This document shows, in pieces, positions 37,914 to 47,077 of a DNA stretch of 64,000 bases. The notes under the pieces were generated by a model, which was given only the letters and a program-made list of their open reading frames with translations, did no database searches and was not told where the DNA came from. The translations under genes were made by a program, and so were the position numbers. The number at the start of each line of letters is the position of its first letter. The first letter of the stretch is position 1. The stretch lies in NCBI GenBank assembly GCA_039801565.1, contig JBDRUX010000001.1:1-64000 (forward strand). The letters run 5' to 3'. This DNA comes from a candidate division WOR-3 bacterium (GTDB lineage Bacteria > Hydrothermota > Tepidihabitantia > Tepidihabitantales > JAOUPE01).

Positions 37914-38606
37914 ATGGCGAAAAGAATAAAAGAACCGGTTGTGCAATACAATGGTCGAAAATTTCAAAGGATTTGGGTCAAGACCCATATCATTACCGAT
38001 CGAGATGATATTGGTGATGTGGTTGAGCAATATACCAAAGGGGTCTTAAGAAATAATGACATTGTGACAATTGCTGAAAGTGTCGTAGCGATAACCCAAG
38101 GTCGAGCAATCCCCATCAATAAAATCAAACCCGGTCTACTGGCGAAAGTTCTTTGGCGATTTGTCCGCAAAGTTCCTTACGGAATTGGGTTACGCAGTCC
38201 TTGGAGTATGCAGTGCGCAATTGAAGAGGTGGGGGGCTTAAGAATTTTACTGGCTGCTTTCGTCAGTGCTTTTGGTAAATTGCTTGGGCGAAAAGGGGAT
38301 TTCTATAAAATCGCTGGCAAACAAGCAGCAATGATTGATGCTGCGCATACTTCTGGAGTCAAAGAATTTTACGAATGCGTCATTATGGGACCAAAAACAC
38401 CCGAGCTGGTCGCAAAAAGAGTTAGTAAACAAATTAACCACCCGGTTGCGATTGTTGACGCCAATGATATTTCCGGCTGTTGGGTGGTTGGAGCATCCGA
38501 TGGCTTAGATTTGCAGATGATTGAAAAGGTGATGGCAGATAATCCAGCTGGGCAGGGTGACAGTTTAACCCCAATCATCATCATTCGGGAAGTGAAAGAT
38601 GAGTAA
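37914..38606 (+). CDS. Coenzyme F420-0:L-glutamate ligase (CofE)-like protein
   Basis: IAESVVAITQGR, AIVDAND, DNPAGQG..LTPIIII. Confidence 0.7.
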   Translation: MAKRIKEPVVQYNGRKFQRIWVKTHIITDRDDIGDVVEQYTKGVLRNNDIVTIAESVVAITQGRAIPINKIKPGLLAKVLWRFVRKVPYGIGLRSPWSMQCAIEEVGGLRILLAAFVSAFGKLLGRKGDFYKIAGKQAAMIDAAHTSGVKEFYECVIMGPKTPELVAKRVSKQINHPVAIVDANDISGCWVVGASDGLDLQMIEKVMADNPAGQGDSLTPIIIIREVKDE

Positions 38607-39501
38607 GTCCTTATATGCCATCGCATTCCCTCAAGACGGTAATATTGGCTATGCGGCGGGAGAATCAGGGATAATTTTAAAAAGCACTGATAGTGGCGCC
38701 ACTTTTTCACTTTTAGACGCGCCAACCCAGAATGATTTATATGGTATAGATTTTCCTTGTGATGCCCAAGTCGGTTTTATCGTTGGGGCAAAAGGGACAA
38801 TTCTAAAAACAACCAATGGAGGTAAGGAGTGGAAGCTGATAAAGATTAACACTGAACTCGATTTACGCGGACTCTGTTTTCCTCAAACCGATTTAATTGG
38901 ATTTGCCGTTGGTGACGACGGCTTAATTATTGAGACCGACGATTCAGGTGAAACCTGGACCATTCTCCATCAAGGTAGTGGTCGAAAACTATACTCAGTC
39001 CACTTTCCGTTCGATACTTTGACCGGTTTTGCTGTCGGCGAAAAGAGCGCTATCTATAAAACTGTCAATGGCGGTGAACATTGGTTTCTCTTAACCGAGC
39101 ATCTACAAGGTGAATATCGGTTTGACCTCTATTGTGTCAGCTTTCCTTTTGATGACCTTACCGGGTATGTTGTTGGTGACCGAGCGGTTATCTATAAGAC
39201 TACTGATGGTGGCGAAACCTGGAAACTTTTAACCGAGGCGTTTAAACCCTACCCGCTTTACGGGGTTCGTTTCCCAGCCAATGAATATAACGGGATACTG
39301 GTCGGTGGCAACGGCAAGATTTTTCGGACTAACGATGGATTGCAGAATATCTTATTATGCGAGTCGGGTGTCGAAGATGATTTGTATTCGGTCTATTGTG
39401 ATACGCAATGCGAACGAGCTTGGGTTAGTGGAGCTAATGGAACAATCCTTCGAACTATTGACGGCGGTTTCACTTGGACCAAAGTTAAAGTGAATATTTG
39501 A
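38599..39501 (+). CDS. YCF48-like BNR/Asp-box beta-propeller protein
   Basis: Repeated GFxVG..GxIxKTxDGGxTW units. Confidence 0.85.
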   Translation: MSKSLYAIAFPQDGNIGYAAGESGIILKSTDSGATFSLLDAPTQNDLYGIDFPCDAQVGFIVGAKGTILKTTNGGKEWKLIKINTELDLRGLCFPQTDLIGFAVGDDGLIIETDDSGETWTILHQGSGRKLYSVHFPFDTLTGFAVGEKSAIYKTVNGGEHWFLLTEHLQGEYRFDLYCVSFPFDDLTGYVVGDRAVIYKTTDGGETWKLLTEAFKPYPLYGVRFPANEYNGILVGGNGKIFRTNDGLQNILLCESGVEDDLYSVYCDTQCERAWVSGANGTILRTIDGGFTWTKVKVNI

Positions 39502-39505
39502 ATAA

Positions 39506-40120
39506 CTATTTTGGCAATTCTTTAAGCGCTTCCTCACAAGTCTTTCTCAAACTATCCGCCAATATCAAGACTTTTTCCAATTGCACTTTTAACCTCGTGA
39601 TTTGTTTCTTTATCTCAGTTTGGTCTTTTTCCTTAAGTAGAGCCTTGACGTGATTAGAAAGCGACTCTTTCAGTGACCTAAGACTGTGTAGTTTGCTCGT
39701 GTCGTCATCACTAAATGCTTTCAACAAAATTTTCGCCTCTTCTAAAATGGCCGTAAGTTCTTTTGCCCGGTATTTTTCTTTAATCTCAATGGTCGCCTTT
39801 GCCGTAGAAGTCCGGATTGGACAAGTCCGACTCGCATCAATAAAACCTTGACCAGCGCGGTCAAGACGAACCGTTATCTTCTTTTCGAAAGTTGTGACAT
39901 TAACTGAATCCCAATCGCTCTCTTTTTGCAACGAGACTTTATCGAATTTGAATTGAGTGGCTTCGATAGCTAATAGACAAGGCAGGTGAATATTCTTAAC
40001 TATAACTTTAAATTCCAGCGAATCCCCGACAACACCCGAAGCGGTTTGTGGCACAACACTAATATTACAAGCATAAAAAATACCGAGCAGAGCGATAGAG
40101 GTGATAATAATTCTTCTCAT
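39506..40120 (-). CDS. Hypothetical lipoprotein
   Basis: MRR + hydrophobic stretch + FYAC lipobox. Confidence 0.7.
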   Translation of the reverse strand: MRRIIITSIALLGIFYACNISVVPQTASGVVGDSLEFKVIVKNIHLPCLLAIEATQFKFDKVSLQKESDWDSVNVTTFEKKITVRLDRAGQGFIDASRTCPIRTSTAKATIEIKEKYRAKELTAILEEAKILLKAFSDDDTSKLHSLRSLKESLSNHVKALLKEKDQTEIKKQITRLKVQLEKVLILADSLRKTCEEALKELPK

Positions 40121-40185
40121 TATCTTTTCGTATTTAAGTTTTTAACCATCTTGAACAATTTGAACTAATAAATAAATTAGGGATA

Positions 40186-42264
40186 TCACCCCTTTTCTTT
40201 TTCGCGTTTTGCCTCTTCGATTATTTTAGCCGCGATTTCGCGTGGCACTTCTTCGTAATGGGAAAACTTCATTGAAAAATAACCGCGGCCTTGAGTCATT
40301 GACCGCAGGGTCGTCGAGTATTTATACATCTCGGCCATCGGCACCTGAGCCTTAATTACCTGTAAAGAACCCTCCGACTCCATTCCTAAAATTCTTCCGC
40401 GTCGAGCATTCAAGTCACCAATCGCATCACCCATATACTGTTCAGGAACTGTGACTTCAACATCCATTATTGGTTCTAATAAGACGAGGCCGGCTTTTTC
40501 GGCTGCTGCCTTGAATGCTAACGAACCAGCAATCTTAAAAGCGATATCCGAAGAATCGACTTCGTGATAAGACCCGTCGTAAATCGTTACTTTTACGTCC
40601 ACGACCGGATAACCCGCCAGAACACCCTGTGCCATTGTCTCTAATACCCCCTTTTCTACCGAGGGCAAATATTTAGAAGGCACTGCTCCAGCATAGATTT
40701 CGTCAATAAACTCAAAACCGGTTCCGCGCTCTTTAGGTTCGAGCCGAAGCCAGACATCGCCATATTGGCCCCGACCACCGGATTGTTTCTTATATTTTCC
40801 TTGTGCTTCAGCTTTGCGTTGAATTGTCTCTCGATAAGGAATCTTCGGTTTCACTAAGTCCACCGCGACATCAAATTTTCTTTTCAAACGAGCAACAATT
40901 ACATCTAAATGCAACTCGCCTAATCCAGAGATAAGTTGCTGTTTCAATTCATGGTCATACTTATAAGAGAAGGTTGGGTCTTCTTCATGCAATCTTGCTA
41001 AACCGTTAGAAACCTTTTCCTCATCGCCCTTAGATTTGGGTACAATTGCTACCGAAATCGAAGGTTCGGGGAATTTTATCGGCTCGATTACAAATGGGTC
41101 TTGAGGGCTACATAAAGTATGGGAGGTGTGAGTCTGTTTTAACTTAACCAAGGCGCCAATCTCGCCGGTCCGAAGTTTATTAGTCTCAATCCGCTCTTTA
41201 CCCTTTACATAATAAATCTGGTTAATTTTTTCCTCGCGTTCAACATTCGAATTCAATAAAATCATCCCCGACTCAATACTCCCCGAAAGCACCTTCACAT
41301 AATTCAAATCCCCAATATGAGGTTCAGAAACAGTTTTAAAGACAAAAGCGATAGTCGGACCTTTGGGGTCTCTCTTTCGAATGATTATCTCTTCACTACG
41401 TGGTTTAGTACCTCGAATTTCGGTAATATCAATACTCGACGGCATTGATTCCACAATAAAATCCAACATCAGTTGAACTCCAATATTCTCATAACCATCG
41501 CCACAAAGCACCGGGAAAAGTTTATGCTCTTTAGCCCCCTGCTTAATTGCGGCAACAATTTCCGAAGGAGTAATCTCATTACCTTCAAGATACTTATTCA
41601 TCAACTCCTCGCTGGAATCGGCACAAGCCTCTAAAAGCTTATCTCGATACTGATTAATTCGATCGTCAAGCTCGGCTGGCACTGGAATCTCCTTAATAAC
41701 TCCATCCTTATCACTATACGCCTTATTATGGATTAAATTAACAATTCCCTCGAAACCGGCTTCTTTACCAATCGGTAAAAAGACCGGACAGATTTTGCTA
41801 CCGAAATTCTTAATCACCTCATCAATTACTTTATAGAAATCACTGTGTTCTTTCTTCAATTTATTAATAAAAATTAATCTTGGCAACTCTCTCTGATTAA
41901 TCAATTTCCAGACTATTTCGGTACCCACTTCGATACCGGATACTGCATCAATTACCACAATAGCGATATCTACTGCGGCAAGACCAGAATAAACCTCGCC
42001 GATAAAATCCGCATAGCCAGGAGTGTCAACAATGTTAATCAGATTATCTCGATATGCCCCATAACCTAAAGCCAGACTAATACTAATTTTTCGAGCGATT
42101 TCATCTTCATCATAATCTAAAAGGGCATTCCCTTCATCAACTCGACCCAGCCGATTATTTTGTTTTAAGTTATAAAGAATTGCTTCGCCAATGGTAGTTT
42201 TACCACAACCACCGTGACCGAAAAAACCAATATTTCTAATATTTTCTGCGTTATACTCTTTCAT
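40186..42264 (-). CDS. fusA: Elongation factor G (EF-G2-like paralog)
   Basis: GHGGCGKTT, DTPGYADF, GELHL, KQSGGRGQYG, DGSYHEVDSSD; stand-alone, outside the rpsL-rpsG-tuf operon. Confidence 0.9.
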   Translation of the reverse strand: MKEYNAENIRNIGFFGHGGCGKTTIGEAILYNLKQNNRLGRVDEGNALLDYDEDEIARKISISLALGYGAYRDNLINIVDTPGYADFIGEVYSGLAAVDIAIVVIDAVSGIEVGTEIVWKLINQRELPRLIFINKLKKEHSDFYKVIDEVIKNFGSKICPVFLPIGKEAGFEGIVNLIHNKAYSDKDGVIKEIPVPAELDDRINQYRDKLLEACADSSEELMNKYLEGNEITPSEIVAAIKQGAKEHKLFPVLCGDGYENIGVQLMLDFIVESMPSSIDITEIRGTKPRSEEIIIRKRDPKGPTIAFVFKTVSEPHIGDLNYVKVLSGSIESGMILLNSNVEREEKINQIYYVKGKERIETNKLRTGEIGALVKLKQTHTSHTLCSPQDPFVIEPIKFPEPSISVAIVPKSKGDEEKVSNGLARLHEEDPTFSYKYDHELKQQLISGLGELHLDVIVARLKRKFDVAVDLVKPKIPYRETIQRKAEAQGKYKKQSGGRGQYGDVWLRLEPKERGTGFEFIDEIYAGAVPSKYLPSVEKGVLETMAQGVLAGYPVVDVKVTIYDGSYHEVDSSDIAFKIAGSLAFKAAAEKAGLVLLEPIMDVEVTVPEQYMGDAIGDLNARRGRILGMESEGSLQVIKAQVPMAEMYKYSTTLRSMTQGRGYFSMKFSHYEEVPREIAAKIIEEAKREKEKG

Positions 42265-42637
42265 GCTTGCCTCCTAAAAATTATACTCGACAAAGTCGAA
42301 TTCTCTTTTCTTTAACAATTCTTAAGAGAAAAATCCGATTCGGATCCATTATAAGAAGGATATTAAATTTTAAGCCGAAGTCAAGCCTCACTAATAACCG
42401 ATTCAACTGCACTACTCCTTTTTGTAATTTTTAGGGAAGATTTTAGCATTTATGGTATGGAATCCTTTTGGAGTAATGATGGTAATTAGTTGTCCTAGAA
42501 TATTTTTGGGTGCATAGTGGAATGGATAACCATCGTCAAATTCAATTGGGTACAAACTCCCATTAGCTAATGGCTACAACAGAGAAAAGTCTCTTTATAA
42601 TTGACTTTTTGCCATCTTCGATTAAAATTATTATGGA

Positions 42638-44983
42638 ATGGAGGATCATCAAATGAAAAGTAGAAAGCATAATTTGGCTTTTAAACCTTTTTGGCTTTGT
42701 TTAGGTATTGCGACTTTATTGTCAATTTCGAACACTTTCGGCAAAGAGATGGTTGTACGCATCTATGCTAAAAATTATCAGGAACTGAAAGACCGAATTC
42801 AATTCAAAGGCACAAATATTGAGATTGCGGGCGCCCGACCAAACGAATGGTACGATTTAATCGTCACTTCCGAAGATTATCCTTTAGTTCAAAATTGCGG
42901 TCTAAAATCGGAAATTATCCTCGAAGATTTAGCACAAGCCAAAGAACAAGCTCTGGCTGAAGGACAATACCACAGTTATGACGAGATTAATCAGATTCTA
43001 AGGAATATGGCAACCCAATATCCGAATATCTGTAAACTTGAGAGTTTAGGACTGACCTATGAGGGTCGGCAGATTTATGGCGTCAAAATTTCTGACTCAC
43101 CAGAGATTGATGACCCAACTGAGCCGGATGTCCTTTTTATTGGTTGTCATCACGCCCGCGAATGGGCATCGGTCGAAGTACCCAGGCATATTGCTGATAG
43201 TCTTACCCGCGCTTATAGTTCAAGCCCGGCAATACAGGATTTAGTGAACAATCACGAGATTTGGATTTTCCCGATAATCAATGTTGATGGTTATGTTTAC
43301 GACTATCCAGCCCAGCGCAGTTGGCGGAAGAATCGTCAGCCATTCGGCACCGCGGTGGGCACTGACCCGAATCGTAATTATAATGGTGCTTGTAATGGCG
43401 ATGCGATGGGCGATTGGGGCGCACTAACCGAAGGTTCCCAATCCACCCATTATCCATCTTCTGCTACCTTTATGGGTCCTTATGGTTTTTCGGCTTATGA
43501 GATTAAAAATTTAACCGACTTCTTTAAAACCCATGAATTCAATGCGGTGCTTTCTTTCCATTCTTATTCGGAACTGGTGCTTTGGCCCTGGGGGTATACC
43601 AATGCAACAACACCGGACAATACAATTTTAGTTCGAGTTGGTCAACGGATGGCGGGTTTGATGGAACGGTTAGGTGGTGGCTACTATACTCCTCAGCAAT
43701 CAATTGAACTCTATCCAACCGCCGGTGGTTCAGATGACTGGATGTATGGCTATAGCCATTGGGTTTCAGGCAATCCTTGTATCTCTTATACGATTGAACT
43801 TGGCACACAATTCTATCAATCCGCATCGCAACTCGACCATATCCAACTTCAAGCCTTTAAGGCTGCCGTTTGTATTACTAACTTCTCGGATAGTGTTCGA
43901 TTACTAATGAAAAGTATTGTGCCGCCGCCAATCCTTGCTCCATTGGACTCCAGTGTTACGGGCGATTTTACACTCCATTGGTCCCCAATCCGTCCTTATG
44001 CAAACCAACCCGAACAATGGGAAATTGAAGAATTGACAAGCTATTCTCTTATCGAAGACAATCTTGAAGGCACTACCGAACGATGGACTTTGGGTGGTTT
44101 TACTTTAAGCACTACCCAGTCCCATTCTGCCAGCCATAGTTTTTTCTCTGGCTCAGCCCATAATATTTCTAACTATGTCCGTACTACCTACCCTTATATC
44201 GTTCAGCCGAATGACTCTTTAACCTTCTGGTGTTGGTACGATTTGGAAAATAATTATGATGTGGCGGTAGTAGAAATATCGCCCAACTTAAAAGAATGGA
44301 CTCAACTTGACAATCGCTACACTGGCAATTCTGGTGGCTGGGTGAGGAAGGCTTACTCCTTAGAAAATTGGGTTGGTAAATCCATCTACATCCGTTTTCG
44401 GTGTATGACCGACGATGGCGTCTTACGCAATGGATTCTATGTGGATGACATATACCCGGTCCCTTATTTCAATCAAGCCCGGGTGGTTGCTTCAAATATA
44501 GCTGACACTTTTTATAATATAACCGGTCAACCAGTTGGCCAATATTGGTATCGGGTTCGAGGTTATAATACTGCTTGGGGTTGGGGTGATTACAGCACCT
44601 TAGAAGATATCGCTGTTATCGGAACCGGAACCCAGAAGGCGGAAAGCAAAATACGGAACGGGGAATGCGAAATGTGGCTTCGCTTCCAACCAAACCCCTG
44701 CAGAGATCAAGTTCGCATTACTTACTCAGTGCCAAAAGGAGAGAAACCGCTTTTGCAGATTTACGATGCATTGGGTAGACCGGTAAAATCATTTAACATC
44801 ACACCCTCGGAATTTAACTCTGGAGAAATCGTTTGGGCTAAGGATGATGATTTGGGCAGACCGCTAAGTTCAGGCATTTACTTCATAGCCTTATCTTATG
44901 CTACCTCAAAAGAATCGCACGTTAAATCGAAATGTTTGCACCAGATAAACGGCAGGCTAATTAAAAAAATAATTGTTCAATAA
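42638..44983 (+). CDS. M14 zinc carboxypeptidase with beta-sandwich domain and FlgD/T9SS-like C-terminus
   Basis: HHAREW, NVDG, WRKNR, DPNRNY, FHSYS, GGSDDW, IEL; PNP...IYDALGR...SGIYF. Confidence 0.9.
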   Translation: MEDHQMKSRKHNLAFKPFWLCLGIATLLSISNTFGKEMVVRIYAKNYQELKDRIQFKGTNIEIAGARPNEWYDLIVTSEDYPLVQNCGLKSEIILEDLAQAKEQALAEGQYHSYDEINQILRNMATQYPNICKLESLGLTYEGRQIYGVKISDSPEIDDPTEPDVLFIGCHHAREWASVEVPRHIADSLTRAYSSSPAIQDLVNNHEIWIFPIINVDGYVYDYPAQRSWRKNRQPFGTAVGTDPNRNYNGACNGDAMGDWGALTEGSQSTHYPSSATFMGPYGFSAYEIKNLTDFFKTHEFNAVLSFHSYSELVLWPWGYTNATTPDNTILVRVGQRMAGLMERLGGGYYTPQQSIELYPTAGGSDDWMYGYSHWVSGNPCISYTIELGTQFYQSASQLDHIQLQAFKAAVCITNFSDSVRLLMKSIVPPPILAPLDSSVTGDFTLHWSPIRPYANQPEQWEIEELTSYSLIEDNLEGTTERWTLGGFTLSTTQSHSASHSFFSGSAHNISNYVRTTYPYIVQPNDSLTFWCWYDLENNYDVAVVEISPNLKEWTQLDNRYTGNSGGWVRKAYSLENWVGKSIYIRFRCMTDDGVLRNGFYVDDIYPVPYFNQARVVASNIADTFYNITGQPVGQYWYRVRGYNTAWGWGDYSTLEDIAVIGTGTQKAESKIRNGECEMWLRFQPNPCRDQVRITYSVPKGEKPLLQIYDALGRPVKSFNITPSEFNSGEIVWAKDDDLGRPLSSGIYFIALSYATSKESHVKSKCLHQINGRLIKKIIVQ

Positions 44984-45188
44984 TTGTTATGCGTTAAACT
45001 TTTATCTCAACTCAGACCGTAGCGTTAGGACTTGCTCCAACAATACACTGCTTCATTTTTGGGGAAGTGTTTGAATTATCTCCGGGTAAATTTAGGAAAA
45101 ACTACTTAACTTGCGATTCTAAATGAGCGCTCTAACTAAATCGTCCCCTAATTAAATTAAAACCTATCTTCGAACCAATCTTGTCGAA

Positions 45189-45569
45189 TTAACCCGTCTC
45201 CGAATCGGATTTGGGCGGTGTTGACAGTTGTCCCATCATCTTTTCATACTTTTGTTTAAAATCAATCGCAGTCGGTTCTTTAAAAAATTCGACTAAGAAG
45301 TACCACCGACTCGAAGCAAATCAAGAATTGTTCGCAAAACGAGATTTTGGATAAATCCATTTTATAGGCGGGCAATAAAACTCCGTCCATGCTTTGATTT
45401 TAATCCTAACCAAGCAGCAACTTCCAGTTGGGTCAAATCAATCTTTTTTTCGTAATGCTTTAAGCTATCCGAATCAGATTTTGAAAGAAAAGAGAAACCC
45501 GGAACTTGTTTCAGGGTCGCCTGCGTCGAACTTTTCTGCCATTTCTTGAGAAAAAACCGGTATCGGCAA
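45189..45569 (-). pseudogene. XRE-family HTH regulator pseudogene
   Basis: Reconstructs to MPIPVFSQEMAEK[insert]LKALRK/KIDLTQLEVAAWLGLKSKHGRSFIARL*NGFIQNLVLRTILDLLRVGGTS/VEFFKEPTAIDFKQKYEKMMGQL; one stop, two frameshifts, one insertion. Confidence 0.75.
45497..45530 (+). repeat. REP-like palindrome
   Basis: acccggaa-cttgt-ttcagggt then cgcctgcgtcgaa; sister copy near 60069. Confidence 0.6.
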
Positions 45570-45654
45570 AACGTTAGCTAAAACTAACACAAAAATCAAG
45601 CCAAAATTTCTTTTAAGTATATGATATTTAAGATGTTATATATAATTTGTCTTT

Positions 45655-45885
45655 GGGTGGGGGTATGGTATAGGGGGTAGCCCCGTAGGCTGCCTCCTGA
45701 GCTAACCCGCAGGTTGCCCGGAAAGTTGCTTCGGAAGTTACTTTTGGAGCTGGTTGGCAGGTAGGCTCAGGAGTGACTTCGTAGGCGACCTCGGAAGCAA
45801 CCCAGTAGGCAACTTGGAAAGCAACCTGGAAGGCAACCTGGTCGTTAGCTCCGCAGGCTACCTGAGAAACGACCCTCTATACTGC
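45655..45885 (+). repeat. 12-bp-periodic degenerate array with G-rich head, copy 2
   Basis: 16 in-phase 12-mers at 45682-45873, e.g. ttcgtaggcgac ctcggaagcaac ccagtaggcaac ttggaaagcaac ctggaaggcaac. Confidence 0.9.
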
Positions 45886-46042
45886 CTCGCTGTTTCACCA
45901 ATCTTAATTCCTGTGTCTTGATCACCGATTTTAAGGATATAAAAATAGTTCAAAATGTTCAAATAGTTTAACTGAGCGAGCAGTAAATCTTGAAATGTTT
46001 CCCAGAAAGTGAAAAACATTGACAACGCTTTAAGTAGGGTTA

Positions 46043-46145
46043 TTGCTCATTAGAAAGAAAGGAAAGAAAATAACATTAGACAAACCTTGGAGTGCAAAAG
46101 CAAAATTAGAAATTGTCCTGGAAGGGTATCGCTCAGGGCAACATT
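46043..46145 (+). pseudogene. Possible IS3-family transposase OrfA N-terminal fragment
   Basis: KPWSAKAKLEIVLEGYRSGQ resembles HTH_Tnp_1 starts; no remainder or terminal repeats seen. Confidence 0.35.
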
Positions 46146-46281
46146 GCTGCGATATGCCAACACCGAGGTATTCCCAAAAATTTTCATTTCTGAGAAACGG
46201 TACACTTTGCAATGACACTCATTTTAAGCTTGACATATTCATTAGATAATATTATAATGATGAAAATGATAAGGAGGAAAA

Positions 46282-46875
46282 ATGCATAAAAGCACAAGAC
46301 TCCTTGTTTTGGGGTTCTGCGTATTAGGTATTATGGTATGGAGTTGTCACCGGACCACACCGAAAGCTTTACGAATTGTTGAGATAAACAACGGACAAAT
46401 ACTTACTGCTGATACACAAGATGAATGGACAACCGGTTCGGGCGAAGAGTTAGAAGAACATTCGGAAACACCAAGTTATAGTGTTGAAGTTGAAGTATCT
46501 TACACCGAAAGAGGAACTGGTTTGCCCACCTACCCTACTGCTTACACTGCAGAGATTACTGATTATACAGTTACCTTTAAAGATATAACTCCTGGTGCTA
46601 CTCCTGGGGAATTCGCACCCGCTCCAGTCAAAGGGGTGTGTTATTTCGTTGTTCCCTCTGACCCTGCAGGCAAAAAGACAGTTAAACAATCAATTCTTGT
46701 TCTTCCAGCAGCTTGGATTGATCAATACCCAGAATTGGAGGATGGGAAAGTATTAAATGCGAAAATTACGCTACGGGGTAAAGATATAATTTCCAATTTG
46801 GATGTTACGGGTGAGGGTATTCTGACAATTAATATTGCTAACTTCGAAGACGACCCCAACAAACGAGGCGAATAG
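46282..46875 (+). CDS. Hypothetical lipoprotein
   Basis: AAGGAGG RBS; signal peptide ending VWSC; TTGACA/TATAAT upstream. Confidence 0.75.
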   Translation: MHKSTRLLVLGFCVLGIMVWSCHRTTPKALRIVEINNGQILTADTQDEWTTGSGEELEEHSETPSYSVEVEVSYTERGTGLPTYPTAYTAEITDYTVTFKDITPGATPGEFAPAPVKGVCYFVVPSDPAGKKTVKQSILVLPAAWIDQYPELEDGKVLNAKITLRGKDIISNLDVTGEGILTINIANFEDDPNKRGE

Positions 46876-47077
46876 GGTTAAATAACTTGCTCAATTACAA
46901 CCAAACTTGATTTGAGTAAAGAGCAATTTGCAATGCTAGCCAGGATTTAACCTCTTTAATCTTGTAGCTACTAAGGACAAAATAATAAAACCAAAAAGAA
47001 AGGAGGGAAGCGATTAAAAACCATAACTTACAATACACAAAAGCGATGCATTATCAAGAAAGCAAAAGGAGGCTTTT

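Noticed and set aside
45629..45876. Stop-free minus-strand frame through array 2 (VAFQVAFQVAYW...)
   Set aside because: Preceded by an in-frame TAG with no start codon or RBS; treated as non-coding.
45655..45885. CRISPR array interpretation of the periodic repeats
   Set aside because: Units are 12 bp, contiguous and degenerate with no repeat-spacer alternation; no cas genes in the window.
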